From Paracoccaceae bacterium (lineage in GTDB: Bacteria > Pseudomonadota > Alphaproteobacteria > Rhodobacterales > Rhodobacteraceae): DNA of 64,000 nt. Positions 53,017 to 62,140 of the stretch are shown piece after piece; position 1 is the stretch's first letter, and each line of letters opens with the position of its first letter. The stretch is taken from NCBI GenBank assembly GCA_041628615.1, contig JBFKOW010000001.1, forward strand, positions 21,963 through 85,962. Reading direction: 5' to 3'. The notes beneath the pieces are model-generated. The model saw only the letters and a program-made list of their open reading frames with translations. It was not told the DNA's origin and searched no databases. The position numbers and the translations under genes were made by a program.

Positions 53017-53919
53017 GTGCCACTGACCACCACGGAACGGCTGCACGAAAGTGCGCGGGGGCTCGACCGGCTTCCGCCCGCCGAGGCGGCGCGGCTGCTG
53101 GCCGAGGGCCAGATCGCCGCCGCCGCGGCGCTGCGCGGCGCCATCGACGCGTTTCCGCCGGCGGCGCGGGCGATGGCCGCAACGATCGCGGCCGGCGCCA
53201 CCCTGCACTATGCCGCGGCCGGGTCGTCCGGGCTGATGGCGGCGGCCGACGCGCAGGAACTGGGCGGCACCTATTCGATCCCGGCGGCGCAATTGCGGAT
53301 CCACATGGCGGGCGGACTGCCGACCGGGGTCGAGATGCCCGGCGACACCGAGGACGCGACCGGGGGGCTCGACGCGGCGATGGCCGGTCTCGGCCCGGCG
53401 GACACCCTGATCGCCGTCTCGGCCAGCGGCACGACGCCCTACACCGTCGCCGCAGCGCGCATCGCCCGCAGCCGCGGCGCCACCGTGATCGGCATCGCGA
53501 ACAATGCCGGGACGGCGCTGCTGCGGGCGGCCGATCACCCGATCCTGCTGGAAACGCCGCCCGAGCTTGTCGCCGGATCGACCCGGATGGGCGCGGGCAC
53601 GGCGCAGAAGATCGCGCTGAACATGCTGTCGACGCTGATGGCGATCGAGCTGGGCCATGTCCATGACGGGATGATGGTCAACCTGCGGGCCGACAACGCC
53701 AAGCTGCGCCGCCGCGCGGCGGGCATCGTGGCCGGTATCGCCGCCGTCGACGATACCGCCGCCGCGCGGGCGCTCGACGCCGCGGACGGCGAGGTGAAGA
53801 CCGCCATTCTGGTGGCGGCAAGGGGCTTTGACCCGGACCGGGCGCGCAGGCGCCTGGCCGAGGTCAAGGGACGGGTTCGGGCCGCGCTGACAGCGCCCGC
53901 GACCGAGTGTGACCATTGA
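53017..53919 (+). CDS. murQ: N-acetylmuramic acid 6-phosphate etherase
   Basis: I chose the GTG start at 53017 because the upstream ATG (52972) lies inside the repeat/operator array. TERLHE...LDRL, AAAGSSG, SASGTTPY, and GSTRMGAGTAQKIALNMLST. Confidence 0.82.
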   Translation: MPLTTTERLHESARGLDRLPPAEAARLLAEGQIAAAAALRGAIDAFPPAARAMAATIAAGATLHYAAAGSSGLMAAADAQELGGTYSIPAAQLRIHMAGGLPTGVEMPGDTEDATGGLDAAMAGLGPADTLIAVSASGTTPYTVAAARIARSRGATVIGIANNAGTALLRAADHPILLETPPELVAGSTRMGAGTAQKIALNMLSTLMAIELGHVHDGMMVNLRADNAKLRRRAAGIVAGIAAVDDTAAARALDAADGEVKTAILVAARGFDPDRARRRLAEVKGRVRAALTAPATECDH

Positions 53920-53935
53920 AACCGGGAGGAAAACC

Positions 53936-55189
53936 ATGACGAGAACCACATTGAGACTGGCCCTGATGACCACCGCGCTGGTGGCAACCGGCGCGCAGGC
54001 GCAGGACGTGACCCTGACCATCGAGAGCTGGCGCAACGACGACCTGACCCTGTGGCAGGACCAGATCATCCCCGCCTTCGAGGCCGAGCATCCGGGGATC
54101 AAGGTGCAGTTCACCCCGAGCGCCCCGGCGGAATACAACGCGGTGCTGAACTCCAAGCTCGACGCCGGGTCGGCCGGCGACCTGATCACCTGCCGCCCCT
54201 TCGACGCCTCGCTGGCGCTCTACGAGGCCGGCCACCTGACCGACCTCAGCGACCTCGACGCGATGTCGAACTTCTCGGACGTCGCCAAGTCGGCCTGGCA
54301 GACCGATGACGGGTCGGTCACCTTCTGCGTGCCGATGGCCAGCGTGATCCACGGCTTCATCTACAACAAGGACGCCTTCGCGGAACTGGGCCTCGAGGTT
54401 CCGACGACCGAGGACGAGTTCTTCGCCGTTCTCGACGCGATCAAGGAGGACGGCACCTACATCCCGATGGCGATGGGCACCAACGACCAGTGGGAAGCCG
54501 CGACCATGGGCTACAACAACATCGGCCCGAACTACTGGAAGGGCGAGGAAGGCCGGCAGGCGCTGATCGCGGGCGAGCAGAAGCTCACCGACGAGGCCTG
54601 GACCGCGCCCTACGCGACGCTGGCCCGCTGGGGCGCCTATCTCGGCGACGGCTACGAGGCGCAGACCTATCCCGACAGCCAGAACATCTTCACCCTCGGC
54701 CGGGCGGCGATCTATCCCGCCGGGTCATGGGAGGTGTCGGGCTTCAACGCGCAGGCCGATTTCGAGATGGGGGCGTTCAAGCCGCCGGTGCGGAACGCCG
54801 GCGACACCTGCTACATCTCGGACCACACCGACATCGGCATCGGGATGAACGCGGCCACCGCCAACCCCGAGGCGGCGCGCACCTTCCTGGCCTGGGTGGC
54901 CAGCCCGGAATTCGCCGAGATCTTCGCGAACGCGCTGCCGGGCTTCTTCCCGCTCTCCTCGGCCCCGGTCGAGATCGCCGATCCGCTGGCCGCCGAGTTC
55001 GTGAGCTGGCGCGGCGAGTGCGAGTCCACGATCCGCTCGACCTACCAGATCCTGTCGCGCGGCACCCCGAACCTCGAGAACGAGACCTGGGGCGCCTCGG
55101 TCGCCGCGATCAAGGGCGCCAAGTCGCCCGAGGAGCTTGGCGCCGAGCTGCAGGCCGGCCTCGCAAGCTGGTACGCGCCGCAGCAGTAA
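53936..55189 (+). CDS. ABC transporter substrate-binding protein (family 1, sugar)
   Basis: GGGAGGAAAACC precedes the ATG. Signal peptide MTRTTLRLALMTTALVATGAQA. Confidence 0.9.
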   Translation: MTRTTLRLALMTTALVATGAQAQDVTLTIESWRNDDLTLWQDQIIPAFEAEHPGIKVQFTPSAPAEYNAVLNSKLDAGSAGDLITCRPFDASLALYEAGHLTDLSDLDAMSNFSDVAKSAWQTDDGSVTFCVPMASVIHGFIYNKDAFAELGLEVPTTEDEFFAVLDAIKEDGTYIPMAMGTNDQWEAATMGYNNIGPNYWKGEEGRQALIAGEQKLTDEAWTAPYATLARWGAYLGDGYEAQTYPDSQNIFTLGRAAIYPAGSWEVSGFNAQADFEMGAFKPPVRNAGDTCYISDHTDIGIGMNAATANPEAARTFLAWVASPEFAEIFANALPGFFPLSSAPVEIADPLAAEFVSWRGECESTIRSTYQILSRGTPNLENETWGASVAAIKGAKSPEELGAELQAGLASWYAPQQ

Positions 55190-55255
55190 TCCTCCCGCTG
55201 CTGCATCCTGCCCGGGCGGCGATCCCCGCCCGGGCCCCCTGACCCGGAGGCTCCC

Positions 55256-56170
55256 ATGAACCGCCCTCGCATCCGCTGGCACATCCTCGTGTTCCTGGCG
55301 CCGGCCGTCACGGTCTACACCGCCGTGATGATCTTCCCGCTGTTCAACACCCTGCGGCTCGCGCTCTATTCGCGGATCGACCAGGAGCGGGTCTTCGTGG
55401 GCCTTGCCAACTTCCGCACCCTGTTCTTCGACCCGATCTGGTCCGAGCAGTTCTGGAACGCGCTGGGCAACAACTTCTGGTTCTTCCTGATCCACATGCT
55501 GGTGCAGAACCCGATCGGCATCGCGCTGGCGGCGATCCTGAGCCACCCGCGGCTGCGCTTCGCCGCGCTCTACCGGTCGGCGATCTTCATCCCGACGATC
55601 CTGTCCTTCGTCATCGTCGGCTTCGCCTGGAAGCTGATCCTCTCGCCGATCTGGGGCATCGCGCCGTCGATGCTCGACGCGGTCGGGCTCAAGTCGCTCT
55701 ACGCACCGTGGCTGGGCAAGGAGGAATACGCGCTGACCACCCTTGCCCTGGTCTCGGTCTGGCAGTTCGTGGGCATCCCGATGATGCTGATCTACGCCGC
55801 GCTGCTGTCGATCCCCGAGGAGATCCTGGAGGCCGGCGAGGTGGACGGGATCACCGGCATGGCCGCGTTCTGGAAGATCAAGCTGCCGCTGATCCTGCCC
55901 TCGATCGGGATCATCTCGATCCTGACCTTCGTGGGCAACTTCAACGCCTTCGACCTGATCTACGCGGCGCAGGGGGCACTGGCGGGACCGGACTTCTCGA
56001 CCGACATCCTCGGCACCTTCATGTACCGGACGTTCTTCGGCTTCCAGCTCCAGCTCGGCGACCCGCACATGGGATCGGCCATCGCCGGGGCGATGTTCGC
56101 GATCATCCTGCTGGGCGTCTGCATCTACCTCTTCGGCATCCAGACCCGGATGCGCCGCTACCAGCTGTGA
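55256..56170 (+). CDS. Sugar ABC transporter permease (MalF/UgpA-like)
   Basis: 304 aa with six TM helices and an EAGEVDGITGMAAFWKIKLPL EAA loop. Confidence 0.9.
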   Translation: MNRPRIRWHILVFLAPAVTVYTAVMIFPLFNTLRLALYSRIDQERVFVGLANFRTLFFDPIWSEQFWNALGNNFWFFLIHMLVQNPIGIALAAILSHPRLRFAALYRSAIFIPTILSFVIVGFAWKLILSPIWGIAPSMLDAVGLKSLYAPWLGKEEYALTTLALVSVWQFVGIPMMLIYAALLSIPEEILEAGEVDGITGMAAFWKIKLPLILPSIGIISILTFVGNFNAFDLIYAAQGALAGPDFSTDILGTFMYRTFFGFQLQLGDPHMGSAIAGAMFAIILLGVCIYLFGIQTRMRRYQL

Positions 56171-56180
56171 GGGCCGCGCG

Positions 56181-57020
56181 ATGAACAAGGCACGTTCGAA
56201 CCCGTTCAACACCGCCGCGATGCACGGCGCGCTGATCCTCTACACGCTGATCGCGCTGTTCCCGGTCTTCATCATCCTGATCAACAGCTTCAAGGAGCGC
56301 CGGGCGATCTTCCGCGAGCCGCTGGCGCTGCCCGATGCCGAGAGCTTCTCGATGATCGGCTACCAGACGGTGATGAAGCAGGGGGACTTCTTCCTCTACT
56401 TCCAGAACTCGATGATCGTCACAGTGGGGTCGCTGTTCTTCATCCTGCTGTTCGGCGCGATGGCGGCCTACGCGCTGTCGGAATACCGGTTCCGGGGCAA
56501 CCTGCTGATGGGGCTCTACCTCGCGCTGGGGATCATGATCCCGATCCGCATCGGCACCGTGGCGATCCTCGAGATGATGGTGGCGACCGGTCTGGTGAAC
56601 ACCCTTTGGGCGCTGATCCTCGTCTACACCGCGCAGGGCCTGCCGCTGGCGGTGTTCATCCTGTCCGAGTTCATGCGGCAGGTGTCGGACGACCTGAAGA
56701 ACGCGGGCCGGATCGACGGGCTGTCGGAATACACCATCTTCTTCCGCCTCGTGGTGCCGCTGGTGCGGCCGGCGATGGCCACCGTGGCGGTGTTCAACAT
56801 GATCCCGATCTGGAACGACCTGTGGTTCCCGCTGATCCTCGCCCCCGCCGAAGCGACCAAGACCCTCACCCTCGGCAGCCAGGTCTTCATCGGCCAGTTC
56901 GTGACCGACTGGAACGCGGTGCTGTCGGCGCTGTCGATGGCGATCCTGCCGGTGCTGATCCTCTACGTCATCTTCTCGCGGCAACTGATCCGCGGGATCA
57001 CTTCGGGAGCCGTGAAATGA
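56181..57020 (+). CDS. Sugar ABC transporter permease (MalG/UgpE-like)
   Basis: 279 aa with DLKNAGRIDGLSEYTIFFRLVVPLVRP as the EAA loop. Confidence 0.9.
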   Translation: MNKARSNPFNTAAMHGALILYTLIALFPVFIILINSFKERRAIFREPLALPDAESFSMIGYQTVMKQGDFFLYFQNSMIVTVGSLFFILLFGAMAAYALSEYRFRGNLLMGLYLALGIMIPIRIGTVAILEMMVATGLVNTLWALILVYTAQGLPLAVFILSEFMRQVSDDLKNAGRIDGLSEYTIFFRLVVPLVRPAMATVAVFNMIPIWNDLWFPLILAPAEATKTLTLGSQVFIGQFVTDWNAVLSALSMAILPVLILYVIFSRQLIRGITSGAVK

Positions 57021-58048
57021 CCCGCGTCCTGATCGCCGGCCTCGGCAACATGGGGCGCAGCCACGCGCTCGCCCATCACGCCCACCCGGAGGCCGAGATC
57101 GTCGGACTTGTGAACCGCTCGCCCGTCGACCTGCCCGCGGATCTGCGCGGCTACCCGCTGTTCAAGACCTTCGAGGAGGGCATGGCGGCCCGGCCCGACC
57201 TGGTGGTGATCGCCACCTATTCGGACAGCCATGCCGATTATGCCTGCGCGGCGATGGAGGCCGGGGCCGATGTCTTCGTCGAGAAGCCGCTGGCCACCAC
57301 CGTCGCCGATGCCCGGCGGGTGGTCGAGACAGCGACGCGGCTCAACCGCAAGCTCGTGGTCGGCTACATCCTGCGCCATCACCCCTCGTGGCAGCGGCTG
57401 ATCGCCGAGGCCCGCGCGCTGGGCGGCCCCTACGTGTTCCGGCTGAACCTGAACCAGCAGTCCTCGGGCGCCGAATGGGAGACCCACAAGGCGCTGATGC
57501 AGACCACCTCGCCGATCGTCGACTGCGGCGTCCACTACGTCGACGTGATGTGCCAGATCACCGACGCGCCGCCGGTCCGGGTGCATGGCATGGGCCTGCG
57601 GCTGTCCGACGAGATCCCGGCGGAGATGTACAATTACGGCCAGTTCCAGGTGATCTTCGCCGACGGCTCGGTGGGCTGGTACGAGGCCGGCTGGGGGCCG
57701 ATGATGTCGGAGACCGCGTTCTTCGTGAAGGACATCGTCAGCCCCAACGGCGCGGTGTCGATCACCGAGGGCAACAAGGGCGCCTCGGCCGACATCGACG
57801 GCCACACCAGGGTCGGCGGCATCCTCGTGCACACCCCGACGGGCGACCGCCGGATCGAGATGCCCGACGAGCCCGGCCACCAGGCGCTGTGCGACGCCGA
57901 ACAGGCGTTCATGCTGCGCGCCATCGCCGAGGACATCGACCTGACCCGCCACATGAGCGACGCGGTGCAGTCGCTCGCCATCTGCCTTGCCGCCGACCAG
58001 AGCATCCGCTCCGGCGCGCCCGTCACGCTGGAGGACACCCCGACATGA
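57017..58048 (+). CDS. Gfo/Idh/MocA-family NAD(P)-dependent oxidoreductase
   Basis: ATGA overlap at both ends. MTRVLIAGLGNMGRSHA, VFVEKPLA, and GYILRHHP. Confidence 0.85.
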   Translation: MTRVLIAGLGNMGRSHALAHHAHPEAEIVGLVNRSPVDLPADLRGYPLFKTFEEGMAARPDLVVIATYSDSHADYACAAMEAGADVFVEKPLATTVADARRVVETATRLNRKLVVGYILRHHPSWQRLIAEARALGGPYVFRLNLNQQSSGAEWETHKALMQTTSPIVDCGVHYVDVMCQITDAPPVRVHGMGLRLSDEIPAEMYNYGQFQVIFADGSVGWYEAGWGPMMSETAFFVKDIVSPNGAVSITEGNKGASADIDGHTRVGGILVHTPTGDRRIEMPDEPGHQALCDAEQAFMLRAIAEDIDLTRHMSDAVQSLAICLAADQSIRSGAPVTLEDTPT

Positions 58049-59040
58049 CCGCCCTGACCCTGACGAACGTGAACAAGTCCTTCGGTGAGGTGCACGTCCT
58101 CAAGGACATCAGCCTTGAGGTGGAGGAAGGCGAATTCGTCGTCTTCGTCGGCCCCTCGGGCTGCGGCAAGTCCACCCTGCTGCGGGTGATCGCCGGGCTG
58201 GAGGACGCCACCTCGGGCGAGATCCGGATTGGCGGCGACGTGGTGAACCGGACGCCGCCGTCGAAGCGCGGCATCGCGATGGTGTTCCAGAGCTACGCGC
58301 TCTACCCGCACCTCAATGTGCGCGGCAACATGAGCCTCGCGCTGAAGCAGGAGGGCCAGTCGAAGGCGGTGATCGAGGAGCGCATCGCCAAGGCCTGCCG
58401 GATGCTCGACCTCGCCCCCTACCTCGACCGCTACCCGTCGGAACTGTCCGGCGGCCAGCGCCAGCGGGTGGCGATCGGCCGGGCCATCGTCCGCGAACCG
58501 AAGCTGTTCCTGTTCGACGAGCCGCTGTCGAACCTCGACGCGGCGCTGCGGATGAACACCCGGATCGAGATCGCCAACCTGCACAAGCAGCTGGGCGGGT
58601 CGATGATCTACGTCACCCACGACCAGACCGAGGCGATGACGCTGGCCGACAAGATCGTGGTGCTGCGCGACGGCCGGGTCGAGCAGGTCGGCAGCCCGAT
58701 GGAGCTTTACAACAATCCCGCCAACCAGTTCGTCGCCGGGTTCCTCGGCTCGCCGTCGATGAACTTCTTCCCGGCCGGGCTGGTCGCGGCGGACGGCGGG
58801 CGGGTGATGGGGGTCCGGCCGGAGGACCTGTTCATCGCCGAGGACGGCCCGCTGGCGGCGCGGGTCAGCCATGTCGAGCACCTCGGCGGCGATACCAACG
58901 TCATCGCCCAGGTGCAGGATCACCAGATCACCGCCCGGCTGTTCGGGCAGCACGACATCTCGGCGGGCGATGCGCTGCGCTTCGGCTTCGAGCCGGGCAA
59001 GGCCTACCATTTCGACGCCGAGGGGGCGCGGGTGGCCTGA
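58045..59040 (+). CDS. Sugar ABC transporter ATP-binding protein (MalK/UgpC-like)
   Basis: GPSGCGKST, LSGGQRQRVAIGRA, LFLFDEPLSNLD, and a C-terminal TOBE-like domain. Confidence 0.95.
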   Translation: MTALTLTNVNKSFGEVHVLKDISLEVEEGEFVVFVGPSGCGKSTLLRVIAGLEDATSGEIRIGGDVVNRTPPSKRGIAMVFQSYALYPHLNVRGNMSLALKQEGQSKAVIEERIAKACRMLDLAPYLDRYPSELSGGQRQRVAIGRAIVREPKLFLFDEPLSNLDAALRMNTRIEIANLHKQLGGSMIYVTHDQTEAMTLADKIVVLRDGRVEQVGSPMELYNNPANQFVAGFLGSPSMNFFPAGLVAADGGRVMGVRPEDLFIAEDGPLAARVSHVEHLGGDTNVIAQVQDHQITARLFGQHDISAGDALRFGFEPGKAYHFDAEGARVA

Positions 59041-59093
59041 CGGATCAGCGGCGGCCGGGCGCGGCGCGGGGTGTCCGGATCAGGGAAGGGAAG

Positions 59094-59170
59094 TGGCGCG
59101 CTGGGGAGGATTCGAACCCCCGACCCCTTGATTCGTAGTCAAGTACTCTATCCAACTGAGCTACCAGCGC
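59094..59170 (-). tRNA. tRNA-Arg (anticodon ACG), CCA encoded
   Basis: The reverse complement reads GCGCTGG-TA-GCTCAGTTGGATAGAGT-A-CTTGA-CTACGAA-TCAAG-GGGTC-GGGGGTTCGAATCCTCC-CCAGCGC-G-CCA. It forms a full cloverleaf, is 77 nt long, and is close to E. coli tRNA-Arg(ACG). Confidence 0.95.
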
Positions 59171-59222
59171 GCGGGGTGAGCGCGATGTAGCGGCGGCGGC
59201 CCCGCGATGCAAGGCCCAATCC

Positions 59223-60623
59223 CTATTCCGCCGCCTCGGGCAGGACCGCGTCGGCCTTGGGCAGGCAGATGGCGAACTCGGTGCCCGTCTCGCCGGTCCG
59301 CCGCAGTTCCAGCCGGCCGCCATGCCCCCGGATCAGCTCGGCCGCGATGGCCAGCCCGAGCCCCGATCCGCCCTTCCGCGCGCCGCCCTGGAACGGCTGG
59401 AACAGGTGCTCCTGGGCCTTTTTCGGCAGACCCGGCCCGGTATCGGTGACGGTGATCCACCAGGCCTCGTCGTCCTCGCTGGCCGAGATCGAGATCTCGC
59501 CCGGCTTGCCGGTGGCGACGATCGCCTGGCGGGCGTTGCGCACGAGGTTGGCGAGCACCCGGTAGAGCTGTTCGCCATCGGCCCGCACGCTGAGCGTCGC
59601 CGGCACGTCCTCGGAGAACGACAGGTCGTGGTCGCCGGCGGCCAGCCGCTCGCCGTCGAGCACGTCGGACACGATCCCGGCGAGCCCGACGCGGGCCAGC
59701 CGCGGCGGCGGTTCGTCCACCCGGCCGAAGGCCAGCGTCGTCTCGCACAGGTTGATCGCCCGGGTCAGCGAGTTCACCAGCTTGGGCGCCAGCCGCCGCA
59801 CGGTCGGGTCCTCGGACCCCTCGATCCGGTCGGTGAACAGCTGCGCCGAGGTGAGGATGTTGCGCAGGTCGTGGCTGATCTTGGACACCGCGCCGCCAAG
59901 CTGGGCCAGCCGTTCCTTCTGCCGCAGCGCGCCGGTCAGTTCGGTCTGCAGCGCCGCCAGCGCCTCCTCGGCCTCGCGCAGCTCGCGCACCCCCGCGCCC
60001 GGCTGGATGATCCGGCGGGCGTCCTCGGGGGCGGCGGCATAAAGCGACATCGCCCCGACCACCCGCTTGATCGGCTTCACGATCAGCCCGCGCACCGACA
60101 GGAACAGGAGCCCCGCCGTGACCACCGAGATGAAGGCCGACAGGGCGAGGATGCGCAGACCGTATTCGATCATCTCGGACCGCAGCGGCCCGCTCTCCAT
60201 CGTCACCTCGATCAGCAGGCCGGCGTCGCGGGACGGCTCTCCGATCACCCGGATCACCTCGTTGCCCGGCGCGAGCAGCCGCACCATCGCGTCGCGGATC
60301 AGCGTCCAGGCCCCCGGATCGCGCAGGTCGAAGGTCCGGGCGATCGGCTGCGGGATCGGCGAGGACAGCACCAGCTGCCGCACCTCGTCCCGCCGCAGGA
60401 CGACGTTGAACACCTGCGCGTTGGCCAGAAGCTCGTCCTCGAGTTCCATGTCGATCATGTCGTCGGCCAGCAGCGCAAGCGAGGCGATCTGCGCCCGTTC
60501 CAGCCGCAACCGGAGGTAATCCTCGCGGAACCGCGCCACCGAGGGTACGAAGATCAGCACCTCGGCGATCATCACGAAGACCGTGGTCAGGATCAGGAAC
60601 CGACCGGACAGCGTGTTCAGCAT
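59223..60623 (-). CDS. Sensor histidine kinase (two TM helices, periplasmic domain, HisKA + HATPase_c)
   Basis: H-box VSKISHDLRNILT, N-box LANLVRNARQA, and G-boxes DTGPGL / GSGLGLAI. There is no response regulator in the window. Confidence 0.85.
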   Translation of the reverse strand: MLNTLSGRFLILTTVFVMIAEVLIFVPSVARFREDYLRLRLERAQIASLALLADDMIDMELEDELLANAQVFNVVLRRDEVRQLVLSSPIPQPIARTFDLRDPGAWTLIRDAMVRLLAPGNEVIRVIGEPSRDAGLLIEVTMESGPLRSEMIEYGLRILALSAFISVVTAGLLFLSVRGLIVKPIKRVVGAMSLYAAAPEDARRIIQPGAGVRELREAEEALAALQTELTGALRQKERLAQLGGAVSKISHDLRNILTSAQLFTDRIEGSEDPTVRRLAPKLVNSLTRAINLCETTLAFGRVDEPPPRLARVGLAGIVSDVLDGERLAAGDHDLSFSEDVPATLSVRADGEQLYRVLANLVRNARQAIVATGKPGEISISASEDDEAWWITVTDTGPGLPKKAQEHLFQPFQGGARKGGSGLGLAIAAELIRGHGGRLELRRTGETGTEFAICLPKADAVLPEAAE

Positions 60624-60750
60624 CGCCCGGCCCTCCGCCGCGCGGACCGACGCCGGCGCCTCCCCGCCCGCATCTGCGGGCCGGGCGCGGTCCGGGGCCG
60701 TTCTCCCCGGGCGGCCATCGACCAGCGTTCCGGCATCGTCGTCGCGTCCT

Positions 60751-62136
60751 TCAGGGCAGCCAGCGCTGCACCAGTCCTACCACTCGCTTAACCGTCGGGT
60801 TGTCGAACAGTTTCGGGCTAAAATAGGCGCTCGCGGCGCGTTTGTTAATCTCGCCCACCGTCGGGTAGGGCAGCACGGTGTTCGAGACCGCCGTCATCTT
60901 CAGCCCGTTGGCGATGGCCATGGCCCAGATGCCGATCAGGTCGCCGGCCCCGGGCCCGACGATCGAGGCCCCCACCGGCTTGCCGCGCACCACCATGACC
61001 TTGACGAGGCCGGTGGTCCGGCGCTCGGCGATGGCCCGGTCGTTGCCGCCGAACTCGGCCCGCGCCACGGTCAGGCCGGCGCCGTGGCGGCTGCGGGCCT
61101 GCGCCTCAGTCAGCCCGACCTGCGCCATCTCGGGGTCGGTGTAGGTCGCCCAGGGGATGTGGTCGGTGCGCGCCTTCGCGGGCAGGCCCAGCACGGCCTG
61201 CCGCACCACCACCCCGGCATGGTAGCCGGCGAGGTGGGTGAACTGCAGCCCGCCGGCGGCGTCGCCCACGGCGTAGACCCGCCGGTTGGTGGTCGACCGC
61301 AGCGACGGCGTGACCTTCACGCCCTTCGGCGTCCAGGCCACGTTGCCGGCGTCGAGGCCGAGCTCGGCGACGTTGACCTTGCGCCCGACCGCCATCAGCA
61401 GGTGCGAGCCGGTGAAGCTGCCATTCGGCGTGTGCACCTCGATGCCGCCGCCGGTCTTGCCGATCCGCTCGGCCTTGGCGCCCTCGACGATCTCGACCCC
61501 TTCGGCGCGCAGCCGGTCGAGCACGATCGCCGCCAGTTCCGGGTCGTCCTTGCCGAGCGCCGTCTCGCCCTCGATCACCGTGACCTTCGCGCCGAGCCGG
61601 ACATGGGCCTGCGCCATCTCCATCCCGATCGGGCCGCCGCCGATGATCAGCAGGTGGTCGGGTCTCTCGCGCAGGCCGAAGATGGTCTCGTTGGTGTGGA
61701 CCTCGACATCGCCGATGCCGGGGATCGGCGGCACCAGCGGCCCGGACCCGGTGGCGATGACGAAGCGCCGGGCCTCGATCACGGTGTCGCCGGCCTGCAC
61801 CTCGGTCGGGCTGATGAACCGGCCGAAGGCGCGGATCACGTGGACGCCCAGTCCCTCGAAACGCTCCTGGCTGTCGTGGGGTTCGATGGCGGCGATGACG
61901 CTGTCGACATGGTCCTTGGCGGCGGCGTAGTCGACCGGCTGCCCGGTGGCATGGCTGCGCTTGCCCTCGGCCAGCAGGGCCTTGGACGGGACGCAGCCGT
62001 AGTTGAGACAGTCGCCGCCCATCCTGTGGCCTTCGAGCAGGACCACCCGGGCCCCCATCTGGGCCGCCCCGGCGGCGACCGACAGTCCGCCGGAACCGGC
62101 GCCTAGGATGCAGATATCGGTATTGATACGGCTCAT
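60751..62136 (-). CDS. FAD-dependent pyridine nucleotide-disulfide oxidoreductase (dihydrolipoamide dehydrogenase / mercuric reductase-like)
   Basis: DICILGAGSGG dinucleotide fold, redox-active GGDCLNYGCVPSK, and a second Rossmann LLIIGGGPIGME. Confidence 0.85.
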   Translation of the reverse strand: MSRINTDICILGAGSGGLSVAAGAAQMGARVVLLEGHRMGGDCLNYGCVPSKALLAEGKRSHATGQPVDYAAAKDHVDSVIAAIEPHDSQERFEGLGVHVIRAFGRFISPTEVQAGDTVIEARRFVIATGSGPLVPPIPGIGDVEVHTNETIFGLRERPDHLLIIGGGPIGMEMAQAHVRLGAKVTVIEGETALGKDDPELAAIVLDRLRAEGVEIVEGAKAERIGKTGGGIEVHTPNGSFTGSHLLMAVGRKVNVAELGLDAGNVAWTPKGVKVTPSLRSTTNRRVYAVGDAAGGLQFTHLAGYHAGVVVRQAVLGLPAKARTDHIPWATYTDPEMAQVGLTEAQARSRHGAGLTVARAEFGGNDRAIAERRTTGLVKVMVVRGKPVGASIVGPGAGDLIGIWAMAIANGLKMTAVSNTVLPYPTVGEINKRAASAYFSPKLFDNPTVKRVVGLVQRWLP

Positions 62137-62140
62137 GGGA

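Noticed and set aside
59041-59222. tRNA-Arg as the attachment site of a genomic island or prophage.
   Set aside because: Both flanks are ordinary genes (an ABC ATPase and a histidine kinase). There is no integrase, no duplicated tRNA 3' segment, and no compositional break.
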